Made by a program: the position numbers and the translations under genes. A stretch of DNA of 64,000 nucleotides, taken from assembly GCA_964556485.1 (NCBI GenBank), contig CAZKVV010000006.1:8072-72071 (forward strand). Reading direction: 5' to 3'. The notes below the pieces were generated by a model. The model ran no database searches, had not been told where the DNA came from, and was given only the letters and a program-made list of their open reading frames with translations. This DNA is from an uncultured Pseudomonadales bacterium. Lineage in GTDB: Bacteria > Patescibacteriota > Microgenomatia > UBA1400 > PJMF01. This document shows positions 10,395 to 20,208 of the stretch, piece after piece; position 1 is the first letter of the stretch, and the number at the start of each line of letters is the position of its first letter.

Positions 10395-11093
10395 ATGAAC
10401 GAGTATTCAATTTGTGAATCACAACCTTGGGTGTGTACATCACTTCCTAGACTCATTTTGCAGCATCATTCAAAAATTCTGCTGCTCTTTACCATGCTCT
10501 GCGCAATTACAGCCTTTCTCACCGTAATTGCCATTCCCTTTTTAAAAAAACAAAAAAGAAAACGTCATCCCGTTGTTGCCTTTTTCATCATTTTTTTCTT
10601 TTTGTTGTTAACCCCAGCAATTGTATTGCAGCTTGGCTTTGCCAACCAAAATATTAAAGTTACCTCAAACTTAGTAAAATGCATGACAATCAAGGCAGAG
10701 AATCAGTGTTTTGTGTTCGCTGCCATCACCGCAGTGGAGCAGACAGATACGACAACCAACTTTGATAATGCCTTTTCAATCTGCAATACCACGGCATTTC
10801 CAGAAAAATGCAAGGTGTCAGTCTGCGACGGATTGCATATAAAAGGAGAAGTTACGCCAGAGAAAACTGAACTTTTGAAGGCGGAGAAAATTACCTGTTG
10901 GGAAAAAGCAGCACCAGTGTGTCCAAACGGCGTGATTTTAGAAAACATACCTTGTGGCTGCTATTCAGCAGAACTTTCACGATACGCGGTGCATACTCAA
11001 TTTTGGCTCAAAGAATACTGGAATAAATACCGACAAATGGATCCCAAACCATTTTGCTGCGACGGAGAGAAGAGTAGTGGTTGGTGTAAATAA
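10395..11093 (+). CDS. Membrane protein with Cys-rich extracellular domain
   Basis: Two hydrophobic segments, then about 12 Cys in the C-terminal half. Confidence 0.7.
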   Translation: MNEYSICESQPWVCTSLPRLILQHHSKILLLFTMLCAITAFLTVIAIPFLKKQKRKRHPVVAFFIIFFFLLLTPAIVLQLGFANQNIKVTSNLVKCMTIKAENQCFVFAAITAVEQTDTTTNFDNAFSICNTTAFPEKCKVSVCDGLHIKGEVTPEKTELLKAEKITCWEKAAPVCPNGVILENIPCGCYSAELSRYAVHTQFWLKEYWNKYRQMDPKPFCCDGEKSSGWCK

Positions 11094-11121
11094 AAAAAAT
11101 GGGACGGCTCGCACCGTCCCA
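11092..11121 (-). terminator. Intrinsic terminator
   Basis: TGGGACGG-ctcgca-CCGTCCCA with an A8 run on its left (U-tail for the minus-strand gene). Confidence 0.75.
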
Positions 11122-11137
11122 CACAACAGAGGTTAAG

Positions 11138-11338
11138 TTACTTCTTATTTTTGAAAAATACTTGCGGCAATTGCCGCATGATATAGCCAATAGCACCACC
11201 AACAACCGCGCCAACCAGCGCAAAGGGTGCATATTGGCTCATCTGGGTAATTTCTACGTTCATCAGGTCCGGCCCCGCACCAGCTGCTGCTGCAGCGCAT
11301 GCAAGAGCCATGCCTAATACTACAAATAGTGTAGCCAC
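11138..11338 (-). CDS. Small membrane peptide (66 aa, two hydrophobic segments)
   Basis: GTG start with SD GGAGG. Upstream TTGATT-N17-TATAAT, downstream terminator. Confidence 0.7.
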   Translation of the reverse strand: MATLFVVLGMALACAAAAAGAGPDLMNVEITQMSQYAPFALVGAVVGGAIGYIMRQLPQVFFKNKK

Positions 11339-11522
11339 TTGTTCTTCCTCCGTTTAATGAACTAGCCCCATACAACCTGCTCAATTGGTGTGGTTGCGGA
11401 GACGGCGGCATTATATATCTTATATAAAAATTAATCAAGTTTGACTTGGATTGGCACCTCACAATAAAGCTAGGAAAAAGACGATCTCTTTGATATAATT
11501 ACGCCCTGTTGCAGTATAAAGT

Positions 11523-11596
11523 GGGTCAGTAGCTCAGTCGGTTAGAGCACCTGCCTCTTAAGCAGGGTGTCGTGGGTTCGAGTCCCACCTGACTCA
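11523..11596 (+). tRNA. tRNA-Lys(CTT)
   Basis: Cloverleaf. Anticodon arm CCTGC-CT CTT AA-GCAGG, T-arm GTGGG-TTCGAGT-CCCAC. Confidence 0.97.
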
Positions 11597-12194
11597 CAAA
11601 TTATCGCTTCTCACTCCAAACTCCTGAGTGTAAAGCTCCCTCAATAGGTTTTGTGGCAAGTGTAAGTAAATATCAACATGATTTGAAATGAACTAACCTT
11701 CTTTCTTCCTTCTTGCAATCACATCCGATTCATTTCTAGGTCGTGAATAGACAACTACTTGATGAATCAGTCTATGGATGAGATCAAACAACTCCTGACG
11801 ATCATTCAAAATTTTATCCGATGACTTACCATATTTTTTGGCGTAAAGCTTGAAATTTTCTTCATAACCTTTGGATAGTTCTGCCTGACTTAGTTGGTAA
11901 TCAATTTCTTTGATCTTCCCTATGCATTCTTGCTCTTTACTTTCCAAATCCTTCATTTTTGCCAACAACGTAGGAGTATCAAAAATTCCTTTCACATGCT
12001 GTTCTCCGAGGCTTTTGCGTCTGAGTGGAAGGGCATTAAGTAAGCCTTGGTAATGGTCTTTACTTGCCTCTAAATGCTTGGTATTCAATTTTGTAGATGC
12101 AAGCATAAGCAGCTTTGGGGTTAGTTAGAAGCTGTCTGACAAACTCAATGACATATTCTTCTAATGGCTCTGCTGGGATTGGAACAACAGGACA
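11594..12194 (-). pseudogene. C-terminal remnant of a large serine recombinase (Zn-ribbon end plus coiled coil)
   Basis: CPVVPIPAEPLEEYVIEFVRQLLTNPK, a frameshift, coiled coil, LIHQVVVYSR, internal TAG at 11693-11695. The frame ends at a TGA overlapping the tRNA-Lys 3' end. No catalytic N-terminus. Confidence 0.65.
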
Positions 12195-12243
12195 AATAAT
12201 ACTGTGCCTTACTCACATTCAACTTTTGATATAATCATTTTAT

Positions 12244-13062
12244 ATGCCAGGAGAAGATAGCTTTGACGCCAGACCAATAATACCAACTCCTCAAGTTGAC
12301 TTTGACGCTCCAGATTTTCGTAACGCATCTGTTGGTAGAGTTCATACAGCATTAGGTGAGCAGCTCACAGGATTAAAGCAAGCTTTGCAAGGAAGAAATC
12401 CAGAACAAATACGAGATTCCATTACCAGAAGTGCTGATAGTATTGATCGTTCGGTCTTGGGAGCTACTGAACAAGAAGATATTGCTTCAACGCCCTATAC
12501 TGCGATAGTTCACGCTTTTGGGATGCCAATCTGGAATAAACCTACGGATACTGCAAGGTTAGAATCGGAAATGCTTACTGATTTAGCAACTCAATTTACA
12601 AGAGGAGAAATGGATGCGGAGAGATTTGCACAAGGAGTTTATTTTCTTCAAGTACTTCTACACAAATATAAAAATGGGAATGGTCGAACCGCGCGAGCAT
12701 TGAAGTTGTTAGTAGAGAAAGCAGGAAATGAAGACATCACTGTGAGTGATGATGATACAAGAGCTGTTCTAGGTATTGGCAGAGAAGGAGCAACTAAAAC
12801 CAGTGAAACTACTTACAGAATCAATTTTAATCCTGATTTTGAACGACTGGTACTTGGAGTTGCGTATTTTGGATTAGACAAAGGACTCGAGTCCGATGAG
12901 GTTACAGGAAAATTAAAACTTAATGGTGCGTTACCAGAACAAGGCTTGGATGCACTATCACAACGATTGGGAACTGCAAAACCAGAAATCAAAGAAGATT
13001 TTATTCGCTTTATGACTGTACGCTCTGACCTTGGTTGGTGTGATTTCACTGATACTAAATAG
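12244..13062 (+). CDS. Fic-domain protein
   Basis: LLHKYKNGNGRTAR matches the Fic motif HxFx(D/E)GNGRxxR with substitutions. Confidence 0.85.
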   Translation: MPGEDSFDARPIIPTPQVDFDAPDFRNASVGRVHTALGEQLTGLKQALQGRNPEQIRDSITRSADSIDRSVLGATEQEDIASTPYTAIVHAFGMPIWNKPTDTARLESEMLTDLATQFTRGEMDAERFAQGVYFLQVLLHKYKNGNGRTARALKLLVEKAGNEDITVSDDDTRAVLGIGREGATKTSETTYRINFNPDFERLVLGVAYFGLDKGLESDEVTGKLKLNGALPEQGLDALSQRLGTAKPEIKEDFIRFMTVRSDLGWCDFTDTK

Positions 13063-13762
13063 TTATACACTTCTCGTTTGAGTATGCAGCTTGTGAAGGA
13101 CTCCTTTATCCAGTGTTTCAGTTGAGCAAATGTTCACCTTGAGCGACTTTACTACCGATAATGGGTATTTGTCGAAGGTAATCTTCTTTGCCTGATACTT
13201 CAACAATGTGCCAGGAGTAAGCCATTTCTCGATCACTTCTACGACTGTTGGCAGTTGTTCCTGATTTTCGTCTTTGGTTTTCATTTAGTCCTATTCTACC
13301 AAGTTTTTTGTCCAGATCATAATGAGAGAACACTAAATGATACCTGTCATAATACTCGGCTGGAATGATATAGTCTGATTGTCGTTCTTGGTGATACTTT
13401 GTATCCCACAAGGTACAATTGGATTTATATATATTTGTCTTTTATGCGTCCCAACTTTCCATATGTTCATATGTTATAGTATGCCCATTATGAAGGAGCA
13501 ACCAGCATACAACTCAGCCGAAGCTCTAAGACATGCACTATCCATACAGGATCAATTAAAGCAAAAATAGGAACAATTTCTATATTCTCCATACACCTTC
13601 AGGAATATATGTCTTGCTCTGCATATACAATGCCAAGAGGATTAAAAAGAGCAATAGAGGAATGGGTTGGTTCTATGGCTATTGCCACCGATTCTTCCAC
13701 CTCAACAACATAATATCCAATGTTAAGTACACAATGTATAATTCATACTAATTTAAAAAAGT

Positions 13763-14113
13763 ATGGACGAAAAAGTAAAACAATATATCGACAAACAACC
13801 ATCACCTCAAAAAGAAATCATGGAGAAGGTGAGAGTAGTCATTCAACATTCCGCGCCACTTGCCGAAGAAGCAATGAGTTATGGTGTGCCCGCATTTAAG
13901 TTGCGTGGTCATCTCCTGGTAGCATATGCTGCTTTCAAACAACATATTGGCATATATCCTGAGCCTCAAACAATTGAAGTATTTGAAAAAGAATTGCAAA
14001 ACTATACAACTTCCAAAGGAGCCATACAGTTTCAAATAGATCAACCAATTCCCTATGATTTAATGGAAAAAATTGTTGCTTATAAATATGCAAATCTAGA
14101 AAAAACGTTTTAA
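13763..14113 (+). CDS. DUF1801/YdhG-like protein
   Basis: AEEAMSYGVPAF...AFKQHIGIYP...SKGAIQF...PIPYDLMEKIV. Confidence 0.9.
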   Translation: MDEKVKQYIDKQPSPQKEIMEKVRVVIQHSAPLAEEAMSYGVPAFKLRGHLLVAYAAFKQHIGIYPEPQTIEVFEKELQNYTTSKGAIQFQIDQPIPYDLMEKIVAYKYANLEKTF

Positions 14114-14496
14114 TCCCGTTGATTAAACATCAAAACATACCCAGAATTGTCTTCACAAGAAAACTCTGTTGTTGCGTAATCGGTTGCGTGCAATTGCTGA
14201 ATAATAGTCACCTTATCCTTGAGATCATTGTAAAGTTCATCAATGTTTTCAACTGTGAGATATAAAGCAATTGACCCACCAACTGGCATCGTTTTAAATT
14301 GGGGAATTTCCTCTGAAAATTGCTTTCTTTCATACAGCATTAATTCAACTGGACCATTTTGCAAAATAACAAAAAAAGGCTGTTGTTCTGGAACCGAAAC
14401 AATACAACTAAAACCTAAGAATTTAGTATAAAAGTTGAATGATGCATTCATGTCATCTACCATTAATTCAGTTGTCATTGCTTTTAGTTTTATCAT
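14110..14496 (-). CDS. VOC/glyoxalase family protein
   Basis: LMVDDMNASFNFYTKFLGF...LYLTVENIDELY...EFSCEDNSGY. Confidence 0.9.
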   Translation of the reverse strand: MIKLKAMTTELMVDDMNASFNFYTKFLGFSCIVSVPEQQPFFVILQNGPVELMLYERKQFSEEIPQFKTMPVGGSIALYLTVENIDELYNDLKDKVTIIQQLHATDYATTEFSCEDNSGYVLMFNQRD

Positions 14497-14555
14497 TCAA
14501 CTAGTATGGCATTGGGAGTGGTATAAACAAATATATGATGGTAATTAAAATGATG

Positions 14556-14629
<74 letters not shown>

Positions 14630-14728
14630 AAGTAATTGGTAGCTAGGTTAGCATTATAGCAGCAGCACCAACCGAACAACAACCGAAATTCATCTGCAAA
14701 AAAGAAAAAGAGCGGTATAATCAAAGCT

Positions 14729-15418
14729 ATGAGCATGAGTTACTACCCCTTAATCGACAAAGCACTTCAATTCTTGAAGATAAAAGAGCAAGCGACAGAG
14801 CATGAACATGTGTTCACAAAGCCATTTATTACCATTGCTAGAGAACCAGGAAGTGGCGGTGCCCCAATTGCAAAAGCAGTGGCAACAAAACTCAATTATG
14901 AATTTGTTGATGAACAAATTATCGATGAAATTTCTAACTCAACCAAACGCCGTAAGGAAATTATCAAAGCTATCGATGAAAAGAGTAGAACTAAAATTGA
15001 AGATGTCGTTCACTCGCTATTAAACCTCGAGTATATCGACGACTCGGCATACGTCTCCGAGCTCGTCAAAGTCATTTTGGCATATGCATTTCAAGGCCGG
15101 TGCGTAATTTTGGGCAGAGGTGCTAATTTCATCACTCCATTTGCTAAAGGCTTGCATGTCAATATCACCGCACCTTACAAAGTTCGTGTTCAACGAGCCA
15201 TAGATTACGAAGGACACAACTTGAGTAGAGCCAAAGAAGTTATTGCCAAAATTGAAAAAGAACGTGAAGATTTTGTGAAACAGTACTTCAAAAAAGACAT
15301 CACTAAACCAAATGCCTATGATGTTACGCTCAACACAACATATATTAACTTCGACCAAGCTAGAGATCTGATTATTGAGGCGTTCTATCAGAAGTTTCCA
15401 CACTCGCTAAAAAGATAG
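14729..15418 (+). CDS. Cytidylate kinase-like family protein
   Basis: ITIAREPGSGGAPIA P-loop variant, VILGRGA, YDVTLNT. Confidence 0.9.
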   Translation: MSMSYYPLIDKALQFLKIKEQATEHEHVFTKPFITIAREPGSGGAPIAKAVATKLNYEFVDEQIIDEISNSTKRRKEIIKAIDEKSRTKIEDVVHSLLNLEYIDDSAYVSELVKVILAYAFQGRCVILGRGANFITPFAKGLHVNITAPYKVRVQRAIDYEGHNLSRAKEVIAKIEKEREDFVKQYFKKDITKPNAYDVTLNTTYINFDQARDLIIEAFYQKFPHSLKR

Positions 15419-15433
15419 TACAATAGCACTCTT

Positions 15434-15517
15434 GCCAGAGTGCTGGAATGGTAGACAGGCTAGTTTCAGGAACTAGTGCTCTTCACGGGCGTAAGGGTTC
15501 AACTCCCTTCTCTGGCA
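15434..15517 (+). tRNA. tRNA-Leu(CAG)
   Basis: CTAGT-TT CAG GA-ACTAG, long variable arm, GGTTCAACTCC. Confidence 0.96.
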
Positions 15518-15615
15518 CAGTTGTAGTGTGAACTGGTGTAGTTTACGGCTTGCACTTCCGAAAAAGGGGAGAGTCATTTATAATACAAGCCTTGGTGGTT
15601 AAAATACACGCACAT

Positions 15616-15696
15616 GCCCAGGTGGTGAAATGGTATACACGTACGCTTGAGGTGCGTATGCCGAAAGGTGTGGAGGTTCAAGTCCTCTCCTGGGCA
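15616..15696 (+). tRNA. tRNA-Leu(GAG)
   Basis: TACGC-TT GAG GT-GCGTA, long variable arm, GGTTCAAGTCC. Confidence 0.96.
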
Positions 15697-15746
15697 CCGA
15701 ATTGTTTTGAATAAACAGCTGCTTCTCAAAACAACGTCGTAAAAAA

Positions 15747-15822
15747 GGAATGTTAGCTCAGTTGGTAGAGCATTCGGCTTACATCCGAAGGGTCAGGGGT
15801 TCGAGTCCCTTACATTCCACCA
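15747..15822 (+). tRNA. tRNA-Val(TAC)
   Basis: TTCGG-CT TAC AT-CCGAA, with encoded CCA. Confidence 0.97.
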
Positions 15823-16019
15823 AAACATCCATTCCCATAAAGCAAATTGCCAATGTCCAAACCTCAACAAGTGAAAATGGTGATCAAAAGTTTAATGCCA
15901 TGAATATTGGGATGAGATGGATTCTAATTGAAACTACTGGTGGTAAAACGCACAAAGTTAAGCTTCGTCAGAAAGATGCAGAGGAAGTATCAGAAAAAAT
16001 TTTAGAACTTATAAATTAG
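15823..16019 (+). pseudogene. 5'-truncated gene remnant (PH-like domain C-terminus) abutting tRNA-Val
   Basis: SIPIKQIANVQ...ILIETTGGKTHKVKLRQKDAEEVSEKILELIN*. The protein-like frame begins directly at the tRNA 3' end with no start codon in front of it. Confidence 0.5.
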
Positions 16020-16087
16020 ATAGGGCCTGTGGCATAATATCACTATTAGAACACAGGCCCATCTCATTTACTGACCACTAAACAACT

Positions 16088-16225
16088 CTATTTCTTACGT
16101 CTTCGGTCAGGGGCCTGTGTTAAAGCACTAGCCGACACACTTTTGACATTCTTGCTCTTGCTTGTCCGCAATAGTTTCGAAGCTTTTTTTGCCACTGGCT
16201 TGCTTGTCTTTTCGTTTCTTGCCAT
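16088..16225 (-). CDS. 45-aa basic peptide (below ORF-track cutoff)
   Basis: MARNEKTSKPVAKKASKLLRTSKSKNVKSVSASALTQAPDRRRKK*. Perfect SD AAGGAGG, downstream hairpin at 16023-16060. Confidence 0.8.
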   Translation of the reverse strand: MARNEKTSKPVAKKASKLLRTSKSKNVKSVSASALTQAPDRRRKK

Positions 16226-16354
16226 TATATCCTCCTTTCTGCAATAAATTTATACTGATAAAATATATAGCATTAAATTGGTTTAAATTCAACAATATAA
16301 ATCAACTTTAGTAAACATATTGCAAATATTATATTTATATTGTATAATTGGATC

Positions 16355-17539
16355 ATGATCAAAAACTTTAAAGTCAAAAATTTCTATTCATTTAAAAATG
16401 AAGTTTCTATAAATTTCGATAGAGAAGATAAAGAAGACATTTATAAAAATATATTCTTTTTGTATGGACACAATGCATCGGGGAAAACTAATTTCTTAAA
16501 AGCCTTTTCTTTTTTATCCTGGTTTGCCACATCTTCTTGGAAAAGCCTTGAAGCAGATGAAGATATCCCTTTAGATACTTATAAATTTTGTAAAAATAAC
16601 GATGGAATTTCTTCATTTGAAATCGTTTTTTCGACTAAAAATGATAAAACGTATAAGTATTTAATTGAATTAACTGAAAAAAAAGTTATCCAAGAGAGAT
16701 TGTGGTTACAAAATGAAAAACAAAGGACAACTTTTTCAACTTTATTCAAAAGGGTCTGGGATTCAAAAAAAGAACAATATAATTCTGATTATAGAAACTT
16801 TTGGGTTTCGGAAAGTTCTCTTAATGAAATGATGCAAAATAGAAATAATTGTAGCGTTATTTCCGTATTAAATCATATTAAACAAAAGGAAACTCTTCCA
16901 ATAATTGATGCTTTATGGAGCATAGAAAGCAATGTAAACCTCATGGGTAAAAGAGCCTATGATCAATTAGAAGAAATCATTAAAGTATCCCAATTCTACA
17001 AAAGAAAAGAAGAGATACAAAAAAAAGTCATCAATCTAATAAAACATCTGGATATTGAATTAGATACTATGGAATGGGAACAGGTGTTTCATAAAGACGA
17101 TAAAGAAAAATTCATATATTTACCCAAGCTCAATCACAAGAACTCTAGTGGTGAAATCTATAATTTGCCATTCATGTATGAATCGAGTGGAACGAAAAAT
17201 CTTTACATCATACTTCAATGGATAGTTGCAGTACTTAACCAAGGTGGTATGGCCGTCTTAGATGAAATTGATGCTGATTTACATCCATTGGTAGTGAGAA
17301 AGCTATTGAAATATTTTACAAACCCCAAAAACAATCCTTTTGGTGCCCAGTTAATCGTCAGCACTCACAGCACTGAACTAATGAACATGCTTTCTAAGGA
17401 AAACATTTTCTTTGCAGAAAAGAATGAAGAGCTTGAAAGTTCTATCTTTTCGCTATCAGAGATTGGTGGAGTAAGAAATACAGAAGATTTTTCTAAAAAA
17501 TACCTTTCGGGGGCCTACGGTGGAATAATGAATGATTAG
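16355..17539 (+). CDS. AAA_21/RloA-like ABC-type ATPase
   Basis: KNFYSFK, Walker A GHNASGKTN, signature ESSGT, Walker B VLDEIDADLHP, STH, C-terminal YLSGAYGG. Confidence 0.9.
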   Translation: MIKNFKVKNFYSFKNEVSINFDREDKEDIYKNIFFLYGHNASGKTNFLKAFSFLSWFATSSWKSLEADEDIPLDTYKFCKNNDGISSFEIVFSTKNDKTYKYLIELTEKKVIQERLWLQNEKQRTTFSTLFKRVWDSKKEQYNSDYRNFWVSESSLNEMMQNRNNCSVISVLNHIKQKETLPIIDALWSIESNVNLMGKRAYDQLEEIIKVSQFYKRKEEIQKKVINLIKHLDIELDTMEWEQVFHKDDKEKFIYLPKLNHKNSSGEIYNLPFMYESSGTKNLYIILQWIVAVLNQGGMAVLDEIDADLHPLVVRKLLKYFTNPKNNPFGAQLIVSTHSTELMNMLSKENIFFAEKNEELESSIFSLSEIGGVRNTEDFSKKYLSGAYGGIMND

Positions 17540-18047
17540 ACAAAAAAGAACCACTGTTTTTGTTTGTGTCGAAGGAGATAGCGAAGAGGCTTTTATAAAG
17601 TTTATTCGGAAAAAATACTCTAGGGGGAAAACTTATATAACGGTCGAAAATGCTTACGGAGGATCACCTGACGTCGTTGCTGAAATTGCAATAAAGAGCA
17701 TATCAAGATTGGATGTTTCTCATAAAATCGTTTGGTTTGATGACGACAAAGATCTTTCAAAAGAATGGGAAGAGCAACTAAAAAGCGATGGGTTTACAAT
17801 CTTGAGGTCCAACCCCTGTTTAGAAGGTGAATTATTCCAAATTCTGGGTGAGGAAAAAAAGTATCGTAGAAACCAAGCAAAAAGATGTAAAAAAGATTTC
17901 CAGAGAAAGTACCTAAATGAAAGAACTTGTTTAGAGATTGATGATTGTGAAAAGCTATTCGACAAGATATTTTTACCCGGTCATCTTGAATTTCCATCAG
18001 AAGTTATTACGCATTTGGTAAAAATTGCTTCAAAGGAAAAAATATGA
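17532..18047 (+). CDS. RloB family protein
   Basis: VCVEGDSEEAF, WFDDD, SNPCLE. Overlaps the ATPase stop. Confidence 0.85.
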   Translation: MIRQKRTTVFVCVEGDSEEAFIKFIRKKYSRGKTYITVENAYGGSPDVVAEIAIKSISRLDVSHKIVWFDDDKDLSKEWEEQLKSDGFTILRSNPCLEGELFQILGEEKKYRRNQAKRCKKDFQRKYLNERTCLEIDDCEKLFDKIFLPGHLEFPSEVITHLVKIASKEKI

Positions 18048-19222
18048 AATCAAATGAGATGGTAGACAAAATAGAAGCTCTTCAAGAACTTGTAAAAAAA
18101 TATTCACCTCTAATCAGGGATGATAACGATTTTTACTCACCTGATGCTTTTAATCTCAGAGAGAAAATTCAAAACTTGTATTATGAAATTGAGCCATATT
18201 TAGATGAGGCAATTGGTAAGCCAGTAGTAGAAGTTTACCAACAAAGAATGCCTGCCTTTGATACTGCTTTTTCAGAAATGAATCCTACAGCTTCTTTTTA
18301 TGCAATAAAATCAGTGCCTCAGTTACTAAGAAAAGCGGTAGCACACTACAGAAGAAAACCTGATGAGAAAACCGTTGAGTCAACAAAAATAGACTATACA
18401 GGCGAAACAGGACTATATATTAAAGAAGAGATCATTGATTTAATTTCAAAAAAAGAAAATGGATTTGACTACTCAAAATTGAAGGTCTTAATTGATGAAT
18501 TAAATAAAAGTCATCTCAATCACGATGTATACTCTTCACTTTCACTTATCAGGACCATACAAAACCATATTCCACCATTGTTTGGCTTTAACACTTTCGA
18601 AGAAGTGGCAAGTAATTATAGTTGGGGAACAACTGATAAAAAATATGTCCAAATCTTACTAGAAAGTAGAAATATCTCAGACGATACTCTGCATAGAAGA
18701 ATTAGCAATAAAAAAGATTTGGCAGACATGGGAGATATCCCGGCTAAAATCTGCTTAAACACCTTACTTCAAGAAGCATTGGTAAACGGGCTTACTTTCA
18801 ATCAATACATTGATGCTAAAAAAATGAAAAGCAAAGTCCAAAAAACAAATAAAAAACAAACTGATGATAAAAGGCCTTTACTGATTGCAACTCTAGGTTC
18901 TAGCTCTAGAGGGAACGGAACTTATCAAGCACATGTTTCCATTAAAAACTATGGTAAACAAGTGGCCTTCATTAAATCAGCTGAGTTTGGTGATGTTATC
19001 GTTAAAAAGAACAATCTGGCAATTGATGAAAAAGAATCAACTGAACTTCTTTTCCAATTACATAATTCTAATCTCAGAAATAATGATCTCAAGAACCCAA
19101 AATTTGTTATCAGCTATCAAGACATTGCTGGAAATAGTTATACAACCGCACATGAATTAAATACTGAGCTGGGAGATAACAAACTAATTATTGTTCGGAG
19201 TTTTGGGGAAGCAAAATACTAG
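18044..19222 (+). CDS. Multidomain hypothetical protein with possible HEPN-like centre and beta-sandwich C-terminus
   Basis: ATGA overlap with RloB. LIRTIQNHIPPLFG...SRNISDDTLH, then IKNYGKQVA...ISYQDIAGNSY. Confidence 0.65.
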   Translation: MKSNEMVDKIEALQELVKKYSPLIRDDNDFYSPDAFNLREKIQNLYYEIEPYLDEAIGKPVVEVYQQRMPAFDTAFSEMNPTASFYAIKSVPQLLRKAVAHYRRKPDEKTVESTKIDYTGETGLYIKEEIIDLISKKENGFDYSKLKVLIDELNKSHLNHDVYSSLSLIRTIQNHIPPLFGFNTFEEVASNYSWGTTDKKYVQILLESRNISDDTLHRRISNKKDLADMGDIPAKICLNTLLQEALVNGLTFNQYIDAKKMKSKVQKTNKKQTDDKRPLLIATLGSSSRGNGTYQAHVSIKNYGKQVAFIKSAEFGDVIVKKNNLAIDEKESTELLFQLHNSNLRNNDLKNPKFVISYQDIAGNSYTTAHELNTELGDNKLIIVRSFGEAKY

Positions 19223-19322
19223 TTCACTACTTCAACTCGTCAATCCCTTCACACCTTAAAACTAACTGTGCTTCCTGATGAACTGACAGTTCCTGACGCT
19301 TTATGCTGTCCCACATAAAAAA

Positions 19323-19361
19323 ATAGGAGGTGTGAAAGCAGAGCTGCAACACACCTCCTAT
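19323..19361 (-). terminator. Intrinsic terminator hairpin
   Basis: ATAGGAGGTGTG...CACACCTCCTAT flanked by A runs. Confidence 0.75.
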
Positions 19362-19386
19362 AAAAAATGTAGTTCAAAAAAATCTT

Positions 19387-20208
19387 CTATCTTCGAGTAA
19401 CTTCCCCAACTCCTGTGGAGCATATATTACCTTTGGGGTATTGTTCCAAAGCAATCATAGGTTCTTTTTGTGACATATTTGCATGTCCCAAAAAAATCCA
19501 TGAATTCTCTTCGATTGTCAAACCGTCACTGCAAATCAACGTGACCGGGCCACCACCCCCATGAGATTCTAGCGCGAGAACCGCTTGATACAAATCGGGG
19601 TAATCTTCTAAACCATCACCAAAAGAAACCTTGTTGAGAAATAAAATTTCCAGCGTAGCATCTGGCTCAGGTTGTGAAAGAAGGGGAGTTGATTCAATAG
19701 TGATTTTAGTTACACCTTCTAAACTGCGATCACTATTTTCTGGAATTAATACCTCATCGTTCATTTTCGACAGCGAACCATCGGTGAAAATAATGATTCC
19801 TTTTTGGCAGTCTGACATTTCTGTCCGTGCCAATTCTATGGATCCTGATCCCGAAATTGTCGGATTAAGAGTAGCATTGTCAAACTTAATCTGGTCTTCA
19901 AAACAATAAAAAATTACAATCTCAGGGTAATTTTTTACTTCTTTGAAATTTTTAACTTGATGGATTATTACACTATCCGGATTCTCAAAAAAACTTCTCA
20001 CAACGTCTTCATTGAAATTCATTGAATGAACTTCGACTATATCAAGATATGTCTTCCCCTCATTGATGCTGACTTGAGAAACAGGGGTAAAACTAAATCG
20101 ACAGGTAAATAACGTTGCAAGAAGTAGTAGAAAAATTGCCATAATTGCATGATTTTTGCGAAAAAGAATTGCTGCAATTATAATTAGCACTACTAGTAGT
20201 ACCAACAT
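19387..20208 (-). CDS. Membrane-anchored hypothetical protein
   Basis: SD AAGGAGAGG before ATG 20208, two N-terminal hydrophobic helices. Confidence 0.75.
   Translation of the reverse strand: MLVLLVVLIIIAAILFRKNHAIMAIFLLLLATLFTCRFSFTPVSQVSINEGKTYLDIVEVHSMNFNEDVVRSFFENPDSVIIHQVKNFKEVKNYPEIVIFYCFEDQIKFDNATLNPTISGSGSIELARTEMSDCQKGIIIFTDGSLSKMNDEVLIPENSDRSLEGVTKITIESTPLLSQPEPDATLEILFLNKVSFGDGLEDYPDLYQAVLALESHGGGGPVTLICSDGLTIEENSWIFLGHANMSQKEPMIALEQYPKGNICSTGVGEVTRR

Noticed and set aside
13063-13720. Several 60-100 aa ORFs
   Set aside because: They look like gene debris at the island edge, with no recognisable family or consistent frame.
15750-16019. 89-aa ORF as an intact gene
   Set aside because: Its first ~24 codons are tRNA-Val. 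Only the 3' remnant is protein-like.
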